A stretch of DNA of 63,737 bases, the filler included, from Reticulomyxa filosa (lineage: Eukaryota > Protista > Foraminifera), in the NCBI GenBank assembly GCA_000512085.1. It is 19 parts of 19 records of this genome, joined end to end, with 100 filler letters (N's around TTAATTAATTAA, not from the genome) between each part and the next. Parts side by side here need not be neighbours in the genome. Positions count along the whole stretch, not along the records: positions 7,051 to 13,927 come from ASPP01004208.1; positions 14,028 to 21,312 come from ASPP01004381.1; positions 21,413 to 26,358 come from ASPP01000229.1; positions 26,459 to 30,541 come from ASPP01044570.1; 15 more parts are not named here. One strand, given 5' to 3'. The translations under genes and the position numbers were made by a program. The notes beneath the pieces are model-generated. The model had not been told where the DNA came from. It was given only the letters and a program-made list of their open reading frames with translations, and ran no database searches. This document shows, piece after piece, positions 12,064 to 26,589 of this stretch. The first letter of the stretch is position 1, and each line of letters opens with the position of its first letter.

Positions 12064-12620
12064 TGTCGCTTTTGTTTGTTATAACAATCATAGAAAACAA
12101 AAAAGAGAACAATCATTAAATCTAATTTTTGTCAATTTTTTGATTAGTTTATTTTTACATTACATTATTTTGTTTACTATTGCTAAAAGCGCTTGAACAA
12201 GTGTAAATCATGCAAAAAAAAGTAATCTTGAAATTACAGATTATCAATTAATCATATACATGTATACGTACAAATTTTCTGAGCGAAGTTAATTTTGTAT
12301 TAAATTTCAATCGCACCATACAAAAGTAATAAATTTTGGGCTGTGCGATTCTTAGACTATTATCCCGCATCAATTTCTCTGTATTAATTATTTTACTTGT
12401 CTTTTAATTGAGATAATGACCCTGATGCTATACTTGTAGAGAAATCAATTAATACTCAGCGAAATAGATAACAGATGAAATTGAACAAACTTTGCCACTG
12501 CAAGATTGTACTGGTATGTTAACGAGGACAAGTAAAAAAGGCTCAAAAAAACTTTTTATGTACGGTTTGCTTGATCTCACACGCATAAAAAAAAAGACAT
12601 AGTTTACTGCATGTAAACAA

Positions 12621-13851
12621 TTATTTGTTTTTTTGCCTTTTTTCCCTCATGAATTTTATGTAAAAAATTTTAATGGAAAGGACAACGATAGCAACGCTGA
12701 CAACTAAAATGGCATAAATTAATGCTTGTGTCAGTTGTGTTTGAGAATCCCACCAATGTGCCAAGGGTCCGTTATACGTTTGTTCAAAAGCGGCAGAGAT
12801 GTTTGTTGCTTCAGTGGTATCAAATGTAACGAAAGTGGTTGAACCAAAAGTAGTCGAAACAGAGGTAGTTGAGCCAAAAGAAATCGGAGGAGATGTGGGA
12901 GAAGATGTTGGCACAGTTGTCGGATATTGCGTTGAGGATCGTGTTGGGTATATTGCAGGATTCATAACCGGAGACGCCGTTGAAGACGTGGTGGAAAGCA
13001 GTGTCGGTGGTTTGGTCGGCTGTTTGGTTGGTTGTTTGGTTGGTTGTTTGGTTGGTTGTTTGGTCGGTTGTTTGGTCGGTTGTTTGGTTGGTGGTTTGGT
13101 TGGTGGTTTGGTTGGTGGTTTGGTTGGTGATTTGGTTGGTGGTTTGGTTGGTGGTTTGGTTGGTGGTTTGGTCGGTTGTTTGGTTGGTTGTATGGTTGGT
13201 GGTTTGGTTGGCTGTGTAGTTGGTTGTTTCGTTGGCACTTTAGTCGGTGATTTCGTTGGCACTTTGGTTGGTGGCTTCGTTGGCACTTTGGTTGGTGGCT
13301 TCGTTGGCACTTTGGTTGGTGGTTTCGTTGGTACTTTGGTTGGTGGTTTCGTTGGTGGTTTCGTTGGCACTTTGGTTGGTGGTTTCGTTGGTGCTTTCGT
13401 AGTTGGTGGTTTCGTTGGCACTTTGGTTGGTGGTTTCGTTGGTGGTTTCGTTGGTGGTTTCGTTGGTGTTTTCGTAGTTGGTTGTTTTGTTGGTGGTTTC
13501 GTTGGTGCTTTCGTAGTTGGTGGTTTCGTTGGTGCTTTCGTAGTTGGTTGTTTTGTTGGTGGTTTCGTTGGTGCTTTCGTAGTTGGTTGTGACGTAGGTT
13601 TAGGTGTAAGTATTGTTGGCGATCCTAAAAGCGAAGATAGGGAATGTTAAAAAAAAAAAAAAGGGGGGTGTCAATCGTCCGTATTACTTTTTTTTTTTTT
13701 TCGATCTTTCGAGTAACAAAAACAAACCGACTGCATCACAATACCAATCATATTGAGTGTCGGAGCATTTTCCATCATTCCATTTTCCGCGTTGAGATGA
13801 AGGAAACAAGTATATTACAGTACAGTTTTCAACGCCCCCGGAGTCATTCGG
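12621..13851 (-). CDS. Single-pass membrane protein: C-type lectin domain C-terminus, Pro/Thr/Lys mucin-like stalk, TM helix (5'-truncated)
   Basis: Exon 13851-13728 encodes PNDSGGVENC...GKWNDGKC...WYCD (CTLD xPN and WND motifs), spliced in frame to exon from 13624 with PTK[P/V/Q/A] repeats, hydrophobic ALIYAILVVSVAIVVLSIKIFYI and a basic stop-transfer tail. The 3' end may splice further. Confidence 0.85.
13005..13590 (-). repeat. Coding minisatellite, ~12-bp units encoding PTKP/PTKQ/PTKV/TTKA
   Basis: (ggtttggttggt)n and (ggtttcgttggt)n variants on the + strand. Confidence 0.95.
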
Positions 13852-14029
13852 CTTTACCAATGTGGAAAACCCCCCCAAAAAAAAAAAAAAAAAAGCAAAA
13901 ACAAAAAAAAATACTCTTTTTTTGTGCNNNNNNNNNNNNNNNNNNNNNNNNNNNNNNNNNNNNNNNNNNNNTTAATTAATTAANNNNNNNNNNNNNNNNN
14001 NNNNNNNNNNNNNNNNNNNNNNNNNNNAC

Positions 14030-15600
14030 ACGATTCATAGATTTTTTTTTTCATGGAGAAACACAATAATCTATATAAGGTGGTATTTTATGTTTCAACT
14101 TTCTTTTTTATCTTACTGTATTATAAATGGGTGATACAAGAAGATAGTCAAAGTGCAAAATAAACTACATGTTGAAGCAATTGACTAATATTATTTTCTC
14201 ATTTGAACAACAATTGAGAATAGTTGCTACCACAAGTACATATGTTTATTATACTTTCCATCAACTATTTTATCAGCTGCCTCATTTACAAATGTATTTT
14301 CTTGTTTCAATTTATATACAAATTTTTTCAATAAGATTCTGTATATAATGAAATTAGGTGGTAGATTTGGAATTACATAAAAATTTTCATTGAAAGGTTT
14401 GACATCTTGCTTTTGTATATCATTTAGTGTGAGTTCTAGTGCAATATGAGTTTGCCACCAAGAAAGGACTTGCATTTTTCGTTATTATATATCCAAATTT
14501 CATATATAAATTTTTGACTGCACAAATCGATGCAAATGTATCTGACAATGCTTGAATCATTCATAATTTCTTTGTTTGCATCTGGCCATTGCATAAGAGT
14601 ACATAGTTGCTATTCTTATTTTTTGTCTTTTAATCAAATTTAACGCTCGCATTAATGTGTAATCGGAAAGTATGACTATTATCAATGACAAAATGTTGTA
14701 TTCTTTAGCATAATCCAATTCAGTCGTCATAGTAAATTTTGCTTTGTGACATCGTAGCAAAATTTCATCTAGTGCTTCACTAGCACATGTTGAAACATGT
14801 ATTATTTACTATGTACTATATAATTACCTCCAAATATTTCACAAAGCAATGACATTAAACTGTTAAATGATGAATTTATTTTGTTAGAATCAACAATTGA
14901 ACATATAGTTACTCAAGCAATATGTTATATATCATGAACAGTATAAATCTGACAGTTGATATATCTATTTACAAGCTAACAATTGTTTTCTCCATTCAAG
15001 AAATTCATAGCGATAGCGTCTAAAAATATGTTGAAATCTATTTGCTGATCCAAAGCCAATATTGTTGATACGTCATCCAAACTAATTTGTAAAACATTTA
15101 CATACATTTAATGCACATTTGGAAAAATGATTATTTCATTGACATGGTTCTGTTCATATGCAGAAAACTTCATATTACTGTTATTACAATGCAATTTTGG
15201 TTCAAAAATTTGGCGTTATCACTTAATATCACAATTACTTAAGTGTTATCTACGTATGTATATATCTTTAGTTCTTAACAATTCGTTTTCTGACTATATA
15301 TCACGTTTGTCAACATTTGCAACTGCTAAATCATTACTCAATTTGCTTTTGCATGTTACTGTTGACTGTTGGATTATTATCAACTTTATTATTTTTCAAC
15401 TTTGCAATGGGCATGAATTCGCATTTAGTACTTTGCATTATTTCAATTTTCCTAGAACATTTACATCATATTGTAGAAATTCTTGAGTTATTTCATGAAC
15501 TTCAATGTCATGTCCTTCGATCTGTTGCTTACTCTTGTGAGCATTTAACAGTTATTCTTTTTTGTGCTTTATGTTTGTAAGTTTTAGTAATTGGTTTTTG
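14030..15600 (-). pseudogene. Decayed helical-repeat (possibly PPR-like) gene relic
   Basis: Short protein-like fragments (PNFIIYRILLKK; ATMYSYAMARCKQ) broken by many stops and frameshifts; family assignment weak. Confidence 0.3.
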
Positions 15601-16165
15601 CATACATACCATTCATTAGGTCAATTTGTTCAAAACTTAAAATCGAGTCTTGTAACGAGTATAATTACATATTTTTAATTCGATCACATAAGCAGTTGTT
15701 GCCAAAAGTAGAAAGGACGCTTCAAGAAACTTTTACTTCAAAAGGGGCGTAGTTTGTTAAATTAAAGAGCAACCAAAAGTGAATGACGTTGCATGAAAAG
15801 TTTTGACTCGTCTATATATGAGTGTGTATATACATTCTTTAATTTAATATTTTTATCTCTGCAAAAAGACGTACTAAAATATTAATATTTAGTGTTACAC
15901 TTAATGTAATCTTTTCACGCTTTAGAAAAAAATATAAACACTTTCCAAGTTAGTATGTGATTATTTTAAAACGTATTATTGTCTTTACTTTGCGATCGTA
16001 TTGTATGTCATTCAAACAGCTCTTAAATCTTTATTTGTTATATTGCGAAAAAAGAACGAATGCTACCACTTAAATGTAAACTTCGTTGTATTGAAAAAAC
16101 AAAGTTTTCGTAAAGAAGTAAAGGTTATTAGTCAATTAATAGAGGACCCGCCATCAATTTTTAAT

Positions 16166-18739
<2,574 letters not shown>

Positions 18740-19831
18740 AAAGTCTTCTCACAAAATTAAGAAATTAATGACATTTTTGCACGACAATTGCAACAGAGTT
18801 AAATTTTAACACCATATAACCTTTGTGGCAATGCGCAAGTTGAAAAATGAGATCCACTATCAAATATACTTATTAAAATATGCTTGTTCACTCCAATAAA
18901 CTTTTTTTTGGTGTGTTTGCAAACTTTTGTTTATCAAAAGTTGCAACTTCGTATTATATATTTTTGACTTTATTTGTATAGTTCTGAGTATCCTTCACCT
19001 ATTTAGTTCTTTCCTAATTTCACATTACATATTTTGAGTTGTCTCATTATTTGAACTGGATGCAACAAGTTCATCTTAAATTGTATATTTTATTGTGCAA
19101 TCGATCATTTCAAACTTTTATTGATAAATTTAAAAAAAGAAAACAAAAATATTCATAACTTGACATTAGTGCATTAGCTTTTGTTTTTGTAATAGTTTTT
19201 TAAAGATATTGCAAAAAAAAAAATCCAACAGTTAATGTTAACTTTTTGCAAAATGTTGTATCTTGAAAGATATCTGTTCTAAGTGAAAAAAAGATTGATG
19301 ATATACACTCAAGAAAATCTTTTTTGTTAATTATCCTGTACTAACAGTACAAACTACTGTAAATATTTAAAGAAAATCAGTTGAAAGCATAAACCAAATT
19401 AGAATGAAATGTATTAAAGCAAAAGTTGTTAAAAATCTTAAAATATACAAAAGGTTTACTGTTATAGTAAAATTTTCACAAAGAATAAATAATTAAATAT
19501 TGAAAAATAAACAAAGTTAAACAAGAAAAGTAATATAATGAAGGAGTGATATTTAGAGAAAAACAAATTCAAAAACTTCACTTCAGTCAGTATACAATTG
19601 CAATACATGCTCTTTACCAACTTAATTATTGTCATGCATACAAGTTTAAGATGACAATATTTGTTTAATTATTATGACTATAGTAACTACATACCGAATA
19701 TATTACAGAATAAATGATATGCTATAACATAGTGGAAATAATGATACTTATTTTCATTTTTATTATCTATATTGAAAATTATCAGTTTATTTTAGATTTG
19801 TAGTTTTTTGCAATAAGAATAGCATACTCAA

Positions 19832-20051
19832 TGTGGGAAGTCTACTGTGAAGAGCTACACTAAATGTAATACGAAAAGGTTTTACTCGAATGAGAGTGAC
19901 TTTCAGTAAAATAAAATAAATTAAATAATAACTCAAAATGACAAAAAGGAAAGTAAGAAAAGCAAGGAAGTAAGAAGTAGTTGGTTGAAAAAGTTTAGCC
20001 TACCTCAGTTCCATTTGTGTTCAAGTATTTATAGTAGGGACTTGTCCTACA
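19832..20051 (-). mobile_element. Solo LTR-like element, copy 2
   Basis: Reverse complement of 11610-11837; minus-strand termini TGTAGG...CCCACA; flanks TCAA/GCAA (3 of 4 match); TATAAATA on the minus strand at 20026-20033. Confidence 0.82.
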
Positions 20052-20382
20052 GCAATGTCAACTCACTAATTTAAAAATGTTTAAATTTGAATGAATGTCA
20101 AATTGCTCAAGTTAAAATGTACATCAAAAAGTTTTCTATTTTTATTTACTATTTAAGTTAACTTGATTATCACATATCATTTTGCTTGTTTGGATTATCA
20201 TTGAAATTAGATGATGCCTTATCAATGATTCTCTTTTCCTTTGGTGTCAGTAATTTGTTGTTGCTTGAAAATTTCTTGAAGATCTCTGTTTAACTCGTTA
20301 AACGAATTGTTGTCGCTGAAAAAGTGGAACAAAAAATTTTGTAAATCGTGATTTCATTTTTTGGTTATGAAAAATAATAGCC

Positions 20383-21250
20383 ATGCTTCCATCACAAAAG
20401 ACTGTCACGTGGATATGTCACATGTGCACTTTTCTGAATGAAAATGAATATGCTTATTGCGAAGTTTGCTCCGCACCAAATCCTCTGTCTGACGAACAAG
20501 TGTGGGTTTGCGAGACCTGGTAAGTAGTTTTGCAATGGAGCAAAATGGATCGAAAAAAAACATAAAAAAAACACAGCACGTCAGTCAACGTAATTTCGAG
20601 AAACGAATGGTATTCTATCTTCATATTTTCTCCCTCTTCAAGCAATACCAAAAAAAAGTATAGTGAAACAAAAAACTGCAAAGTTATTTTTTGTATATGC
20701 TGTTTACAAAAGCCGAACCTGCACTTCCGCATCACCAGCCTCAGTCTCAAAAAAAAAACCAAGCCTTATGGCAATCACATGCCGTGTTTGCAAACAAAAA
20801 AATTCATCATCCACTAAATATTGTAAAGTGGGTCACTTTTTTATCTCTATCTCAGCGATACAATGCAAATGGAATATCAAAGGTTTAGGGGCTCTTTCAC
20901 CACTATCAACAACAAATAGTACATACAAACAAACAGTCTTGTTTTACTCCGTTGCAACCCGATGTGAAAATTTATATTGGAGACGTCGTTATGTTTTTTT
21001 TTTTTTGATAGCTTGCATTTACCTTTTTAAAATTCAAAATCAATGTTTCAAACAAACAAACAAACAAAAAAACAATGACCAATGTAAGGTGGAATTAAGA
21101 GATAAAAGACAAGGCAAAATCGCGGCGATTGGCCCTCGTGCTGACAGTGAGGGACAGCATGTTCAATTAATTCTGGGCAAAAACAATAGCAAAAATGAGG
21201 GAATCGAAGTCACTTGGATTCCAATTCAAACTATTGATAAAATTGTTCAA
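20383..21250 (+). CDS. Protein with three RanBP2/NZF-type zinc fingers (3'-truncated)
   Basis: Spliced reading: WICHMCTFLNENEYAYCEVC, WVCETC|TSVNVISRNEC|RTC, TCRVCKQKNSSSTKYCK; fits W-x-C-x2-C-x3-N-x6-C-x2-C. Confidence 0.8.
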
Positions 21251-21415
21251 TGTTTGAGTCTCTATTTGTTTGTCTCTTGTGGTATTTAAATAAATGATCA
21301 CAAAAAAAAAAANNNNNNNNNNNNNNNNNNNNNNNNNNNNNNNNNNNNNNNNNNNNTTAATTAATTAANNNNNNNNNNNNNNNNNNNNNNNNNNNNNNNN
21401 NNNNNNNNNNNNATT

Positions 21416-21451
21416 GTTTTAGGCGTTCAGTTTTCTTTGCAACCTACTGTA
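21416..21451 (+). repeat. Dispersed repeat shared with 62783-62818, both within decayed sequence
   Basis: gttttaggcgttcagttttctttgcaac(c/t)tactgta, 35 of 36 identical. Confidence 0.85.
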
Positions 21452-22542
21452 ATTTTAAATCTGTGTTTGATTGTTGTACAATTTTGTGGTTCTGCCATAT
21501 TGACTTGTGAATCATTTGTTAATACTTTATTGTATTAGGTAAGTTTTCGATATTTACTATTATATTGTTAGTTTATTCTAGGCGATCGTGTAAATGAATA
21601 AGACAGTCTTGTGCCGCTTGTTGTTTCAGATATATTGTTTCTTCTTCGAAACACTTTGTGCATGTGTAGCCTCAAGTGATACTAGTCAGTATGAATCTAT
21701 TTCAAAAGATTCGTTAAAATTTGTAATAATCAATGTGTAGGTTAAGCTCGTAATTGCACTGTATTGTAATTATTGTTGTTGACATTTCTGAATTGAACAT
21801 TTTATGAATTTTTCGACTAGACGTTGTCTAATACTATGTGTAATCTTATGATGTTTCTATGTCAAAGTTGAACTTTCAATTAAACGCAATGTTATTTGCA
21901 TTGATGCATATGTCTATGTACACACTTTCGCCAGAGTATTTACTGTCATTTTCTTTGTTGCTGTCAGCATTTGTATAGATTGTGTTAATTTTGTTACTCG
22001 CAATCGTTCAATACTATCTTTTATTTATTTGATTATTGTGCTGCTAATATCACATTATCTTTGTTGTTAATGATTTAATTATTTTTTTCACTGTCTTGTT
22101 TAGATTTTCCAGTTGCACTTTCTTATCGAAAATCAAATGCATTGTTGTTCATAAATAATTAAATTATTGTTTGATTGAAATGTAGAGCGTTACAACATTG
22201 AGATATTCAATATTTCATTTATGTTTATATTTTCCTTGCAATGCATTTCTCAATTCACTTAAATTATGTTTACTGAAATGTTTTTATCAAAGAAATCAGT
22301 ATAAAAAGATATACAAAAATTGAGCTGTTTGGTCCCGACTGAGTAATATTGATTAAATTTGAATTTTCTGGGATATAATAGTGGCTTGAAGTATTATTAA
22401 AAGTGGTGAAAATAACAAATTTAAACACAACTTTATTAGTTACCAAGCCGACAAAGTTTAAAAGACCAGAAAACTGACAAGGGGCGTTGAAAGCGAAGTT
22501 TTGATCATTTAGATGAGCCATTAAGAAAGCTTATCTTTGGTG

Positions 22543-22932
22543 ATGAGTAAGACTTTAACTGGTGTAGATTGTGACACAATTTGGTGTCCGGAAACTTATG
22601 AACTCGGACTGTTTCAAATTATCAGCGCTCTGCAGTCGGTTGTACCATCATTGCCTGCAGAATTATATCCTATTTTTGCAACCTTTCTTCTTGGTGAATC
22701 ATGGCCTATGCCCATATTAATAAAAAGTCAAAGTGCTTCCAAAATTTTTATCACAATTTGGGGCTCTCCTCATGACAAAGGATCAAATTTATATAATAAA
22801 TTGAATACTATCAATAACACAGACATTCAAACTCAATTAAAACGATTTAAACCAGCTGTTTTAGTTAATCGTTACAATTTCAAGGAAGGTCAATCCAACG
22901 CAAACACTCTACGAACAAGGTATATGGCATAA
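22543..22932 (+). CDS. Hypothetical protein (probably splices at AG|GTATAT ~22920)
   Basis: 130-codon ORF of ordinary protein-like composition; no recognised domain. Confidence 0.5.
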   Translation: MSKTLTGVDCDTIWCPETYELGLFQIISALQSVVPSLPAELYPIFATFLLGESWPMPILIKSQSASKIFITIWGSPHDKGSNLYNKLNTINNTDIQTQLKRFKPAVLVNRYNFKEGQSNANTLRTRYMA

Positions 22933-23338
22933 CACTGAATTGGAAATTACTAAACAATTTGAAGGCCGAGGGCATATCATTGAATGGTCTTGAAGAATTT
23001 TCAAATGCATTGTTGCTTTCAGTATTGTTTTTCAAATTAAATTTAATGAAGGAAAAAAAAAGAAACATTTTTCGATTCTTAACACATGTTCAATCATAAT
23101 CTTTTTTCCTGCAAACTTTTCGGTACTTGATTTCTCAAGCATATTTTTTTTGAACTTTAAAGAAATATTTCTCCTTACACTGATTTTTTCTTGCTTGCTG
23201 AGGTCAAATTAACATTAAAGTACTCTTAAAAAATTAATGAATATCTATTTGAAACTGTTTTAACGAAATAACGATTTTTTTAAAAGGGCTTTTTCTTGCA
23301 GATGAGCTTTTTTTTCAAAGTACATCCACACAGCCACC

Positions 23339-24580
23339 ATGTCAGATGAAGAGGTAAATGACGAGAAAACATATGGAATATGTCTAACTTTTGAGGAATT
23401 AAAAACAGCTCTTGAAGGTGACGGCTTTCGTGTTCACGTGGTGAAAGAAGACTGCAACAACTTATTCCGCTGTGTCAGCTGCTATTTTGAAAACACTGAA
23501 GAGGATTATTGGACATATCGAGAATCATGTTCAATGTACATAGAAGGTCACACAATTGAGTTCATTGGGTTAATGGACGAGAGTGATCTGGAGCAGTATT
23601 GTGAAAAATTGAAAAAAAAAAGTAGTGGAAATGAGACACTATTTGCAAGTAAAGTGGAGTTGTATGCATTGACTAGAAGATATCGTCTGAATATTCGAAT
23701 CTATGGAGTTGACGGGATTCGAGAAGTAATATTTGAAAAATCAGGTAATTGCCAAACCATTGAGCTAATTCAACGGAATGATTATTTCCACATTTTGAAA
23801 AAAATTACGTATACTGGAGAAAAAGGAACAAGCAGACCAGAAGCAAGCAATAAAAACACTTTGGCAGCATCGAATGGAATATCTTGGAAATTTGGGATTT
23901 TTGGATTTTTTTGTGTGTTGAGTGTGATTTGGGGATTTGTATTTTTTTTAAGTCAAGGCACAGCATATTTGTGGGTATCGATTTGTGGGATCATTGAATC
24001 ACTGTTTGGAATGTATCATTTCACATCTCTAATAAAACTGCAAGAGACAGTCGATAAAATTCACAAAGAAAATTTACGGTATAAAAAAAATAACTTCCAT
24101 CTGACCAACGAGCTGCAAGAATTGCAAATCGAAGTGGAAAGACTGAAAAACATTCGAATCAGTTTGGAGTCGGACAAAGACATACTAACTAGAGCTTACC
24201 ATACGTATAAAGGATTCAACGAAAAATTCCAACAGCTGCTAGATGGAAAAACTGAACATTTAAAGTGTCTAAAACACTCCAGTCAAAGTCTCATCAAGCG
24301 ATGGCAAATCAATTTGGTCAAACGTGAAAAAAGTATTTGGAACAAGTTATGGGATTTTTTTGAAAGCGCTTCTCACCCGTCGCAAAACTCGGCCAATTGC
24401 TTGACACGACTCCAGTTTGAACAACTCATTGCCAACTTGCCGATGGAGTTTCAGGTGCGGTACAGAAACGTTCGAGGCAAGTTCCCAAAACAAAATATCA
24501 TTACGTATAAACAATTTTCCGGGCTTATTGATTACTATGTCAATCAGAATACCTTTGCTACCAATACGGCATCGTATTGA
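23339..24580 (+). CDS. OTU-like (probably inactive) domain, two TM helices, coiled coil, degenerate EF-hand-like tail; intronless
   Basis: VKEDCNNLFRCVS (cf. DGNCLFRA), YRESCSMYI, YCEKLKK, VELYALTRRYRLNIRIY, IELIQRNDYFHIL (cf. ...NHY); hydrophobic segments ~aa183-230; heptad-rich aa232-300; good start context CCACCATG. Confidence 0.75.
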   Translation: MSDEEVNDEKTYGICLTFEELKTALEGDGFRVHVVKEDCNNLFRCVSCYFENTEEDYWTYRESCSMYIEGHTIEFIGLMDESDLEQYCEKLKKKSSGNETLFASKVELYALTRRYRLNIRIYGVDGIREVIFEKSGNCQTIELIQRNDYFHILKKITYTGEKGTSRPEASNKNTLAASNGISWKFGIFGFFCVLSVIWGFVFFLSQGTAYLWVSICGIIESLFGMYHFTSLIKLQETVDKIHKENLRYKKNNFHLTNELQELQIEVERLKNIRISLESDKDILTRAYHTYKGFNEKFQQLLDGKTEHLKCLKHSSQSLIKRWQINLVKREKSIWNKLWDFFESASHPSQNSANCLTRLQFEQLIANLPMEFQVRYRNVRGKFPKQNIITYKQFSGLIDYYVNQNTFATNTASY

Positions 24581-25144
24581 TTGACTCTTTCAAACCAACA
24601 AAGAAGGGAAGAGAGGGAGAACTCAAACAAATAAAAAATAACTTTATTATTGTCTATTACTATTGATCATAATTCATTTATTTATTCTTTTGTAATCACT
24701 TGCAAAAAAACTCAATTTTTTAAATAAAAAAGTACTTGTATTACAATAGCCTTATACCACTCTAACTTTTTGCAACCTTCATTTCTGTAGCTCCATCACA
24801 TACACGTTAATTTGTAGTTGATAGCTCAGGAAATGTGTACAACTGAACAATTTTTAGGTCGGTTTTTTTGTGACCTGTTTCTTATCTTGCTACCTCAATA
24901 CAATCATTTTGATGATGGCTTACTGTCTGTTTTGCAGGTAAGGACACTAATCGATTGTGGCAGTAAGAAATTAAGCTGCTTTTTGAAAATAAAGATACTC
25001 CAAAGATTAATCGATAAATAATTTCCTTTTTTTTTTTAGTATTTGATGAACAACAGAAGTCTCTTTGGCGGTGACCCAAGCGTAGAAATTTTATTTTACT
25101 GTTAGATTTGACTGATTTTTGTTTTTAAAATTAGTGCCAAGAAG

Positions 25145-26334
25145 ATGTTTCAATCAATTCAGTCACGCTCGTTTGCTGCCATTTTGCCAAAAACATGTGT
25201 CAAAACATGTCCTTATCTGGAATTTTCCAGAAGTTGAGCGGACCTTTTTTTTGGTGTCCTCTTGGATTTATTTGACTTGGTGTCAAAGGCACCTCAACAG
25301 AGATAACAAACAATTAACATAACTATATACCAACAACAAAACCATACCAAGATTTTGCGTATACCAAAGCATGGAAAGATCCCGAGATTGAAAAACCGGA
25401 TGTAATGCCCTCTTTGCTACAAAGGCGTGCGACAGAAAAAGATAAAGTGAATTTAACAGAGCTGATGAAAAAATATCCGTTTGTAAAAACATTTTTGTTC
25501 GAAGACGCATCAAAAGACAAAATAAAGCAAACGTGGCCATTTCTGAAAGACTTTTCAATACAATGTGCTAAGACATTGCAACTCTCGGACAAGCAATTTC
25601 GTTATTTGCGACAAAAATACGGTATCTGACGTGTTGTTTACACTTTTTTTTTTTTGGTATTGTATTATTATTTTTTTTATTTTTTTGATAAGTCTTCTCT
25701 AAGACAGCGGCTATCAATCACATGTACGCACATCTCTCACTTTCCCCTTACCAGCCGGCAAGTATTAATACTAAACTACTAACAACTGTGACAAACATTG
25801 CAAAATGCACTGATGACAAATAGAACTGACGAACTTGTATGGTGACGATCCGGTAGTAGAGACAAATTCGTTTTTAGTAAAAATGCGAGACGATTTGAGA
25901 GATCCAACCTCCAAACAACCAATTGTAAGAGTGTTGACCGAAAAGCAGCTCGAGGCTACTATACGAATTCTCAAAGAGGTGTATTATCATTTGTGTATAT
26001 ATTATATACGTATATATATATATGTATATATTATATACTTTTTTTTATTAGTAGTAGGAATGAAGTTAATTCGTATGCTTTATCATATATAAAATTCTCT
26101 ACCCCTCCTCTCCCCTTTTCACACATTAAAAAGACGATCATACGCAATTTCTTATTAAAAAAACCTCTGAAACCGGTGCCACGACTACAACGAAATTGGG
26201 AGGGCTTTATCACATACCCAACACTTTCGCTTGGTCATCCAATGGTTGCCGAACTCCGCCAGTTATTGTTTGGAAAACCTAACATGACAGTCACTGAAGA
26301 ACATATTAATATTCTTTCCAAGTATTTCTCTGAG
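25145..26334 (+). CDS. Hypothetical multi-exon protein (3'-truncated), possible mitochondrial presequence
   Basis: MFQSIQSRSFAAILPK start; exon-like ORFs 25405-25629, 25835-25978 and ~26133-26334; final donor GAG|GCAAGT. Confidence 0.55.
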
Positions 26335-26589
26335 GCAAGTCTTTTATTGTGTGTGTGTNNNNNNNNNNNNNNNNNNNNNNNNNNNNNNNNNNNNNNNNNN
26401 NNTTAATTAATTAANNNNNNNNNNNNNNNNNNNNNNNNNNNNNNNNNNNNNNNNNNNNATTGTTTTTTCTTTTAATTATTTTTTGTGGGCCTTTGGTCAG
26501 TGTAACATTTTTTGTGTCTTTCTTTTGTGTTTCTTTTGAGTACTGTGTTCTATTTCTTAGAACGATGTGCTCTTTTAACTTGAAAGACC

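Noticed and set aside
12799-13650. 283-aa Gly/Val-rich + strand ORF
   Set aside because: Antisense shadow of the PTK repeats; the minus frame has the CTLD, splice sites and TM helix
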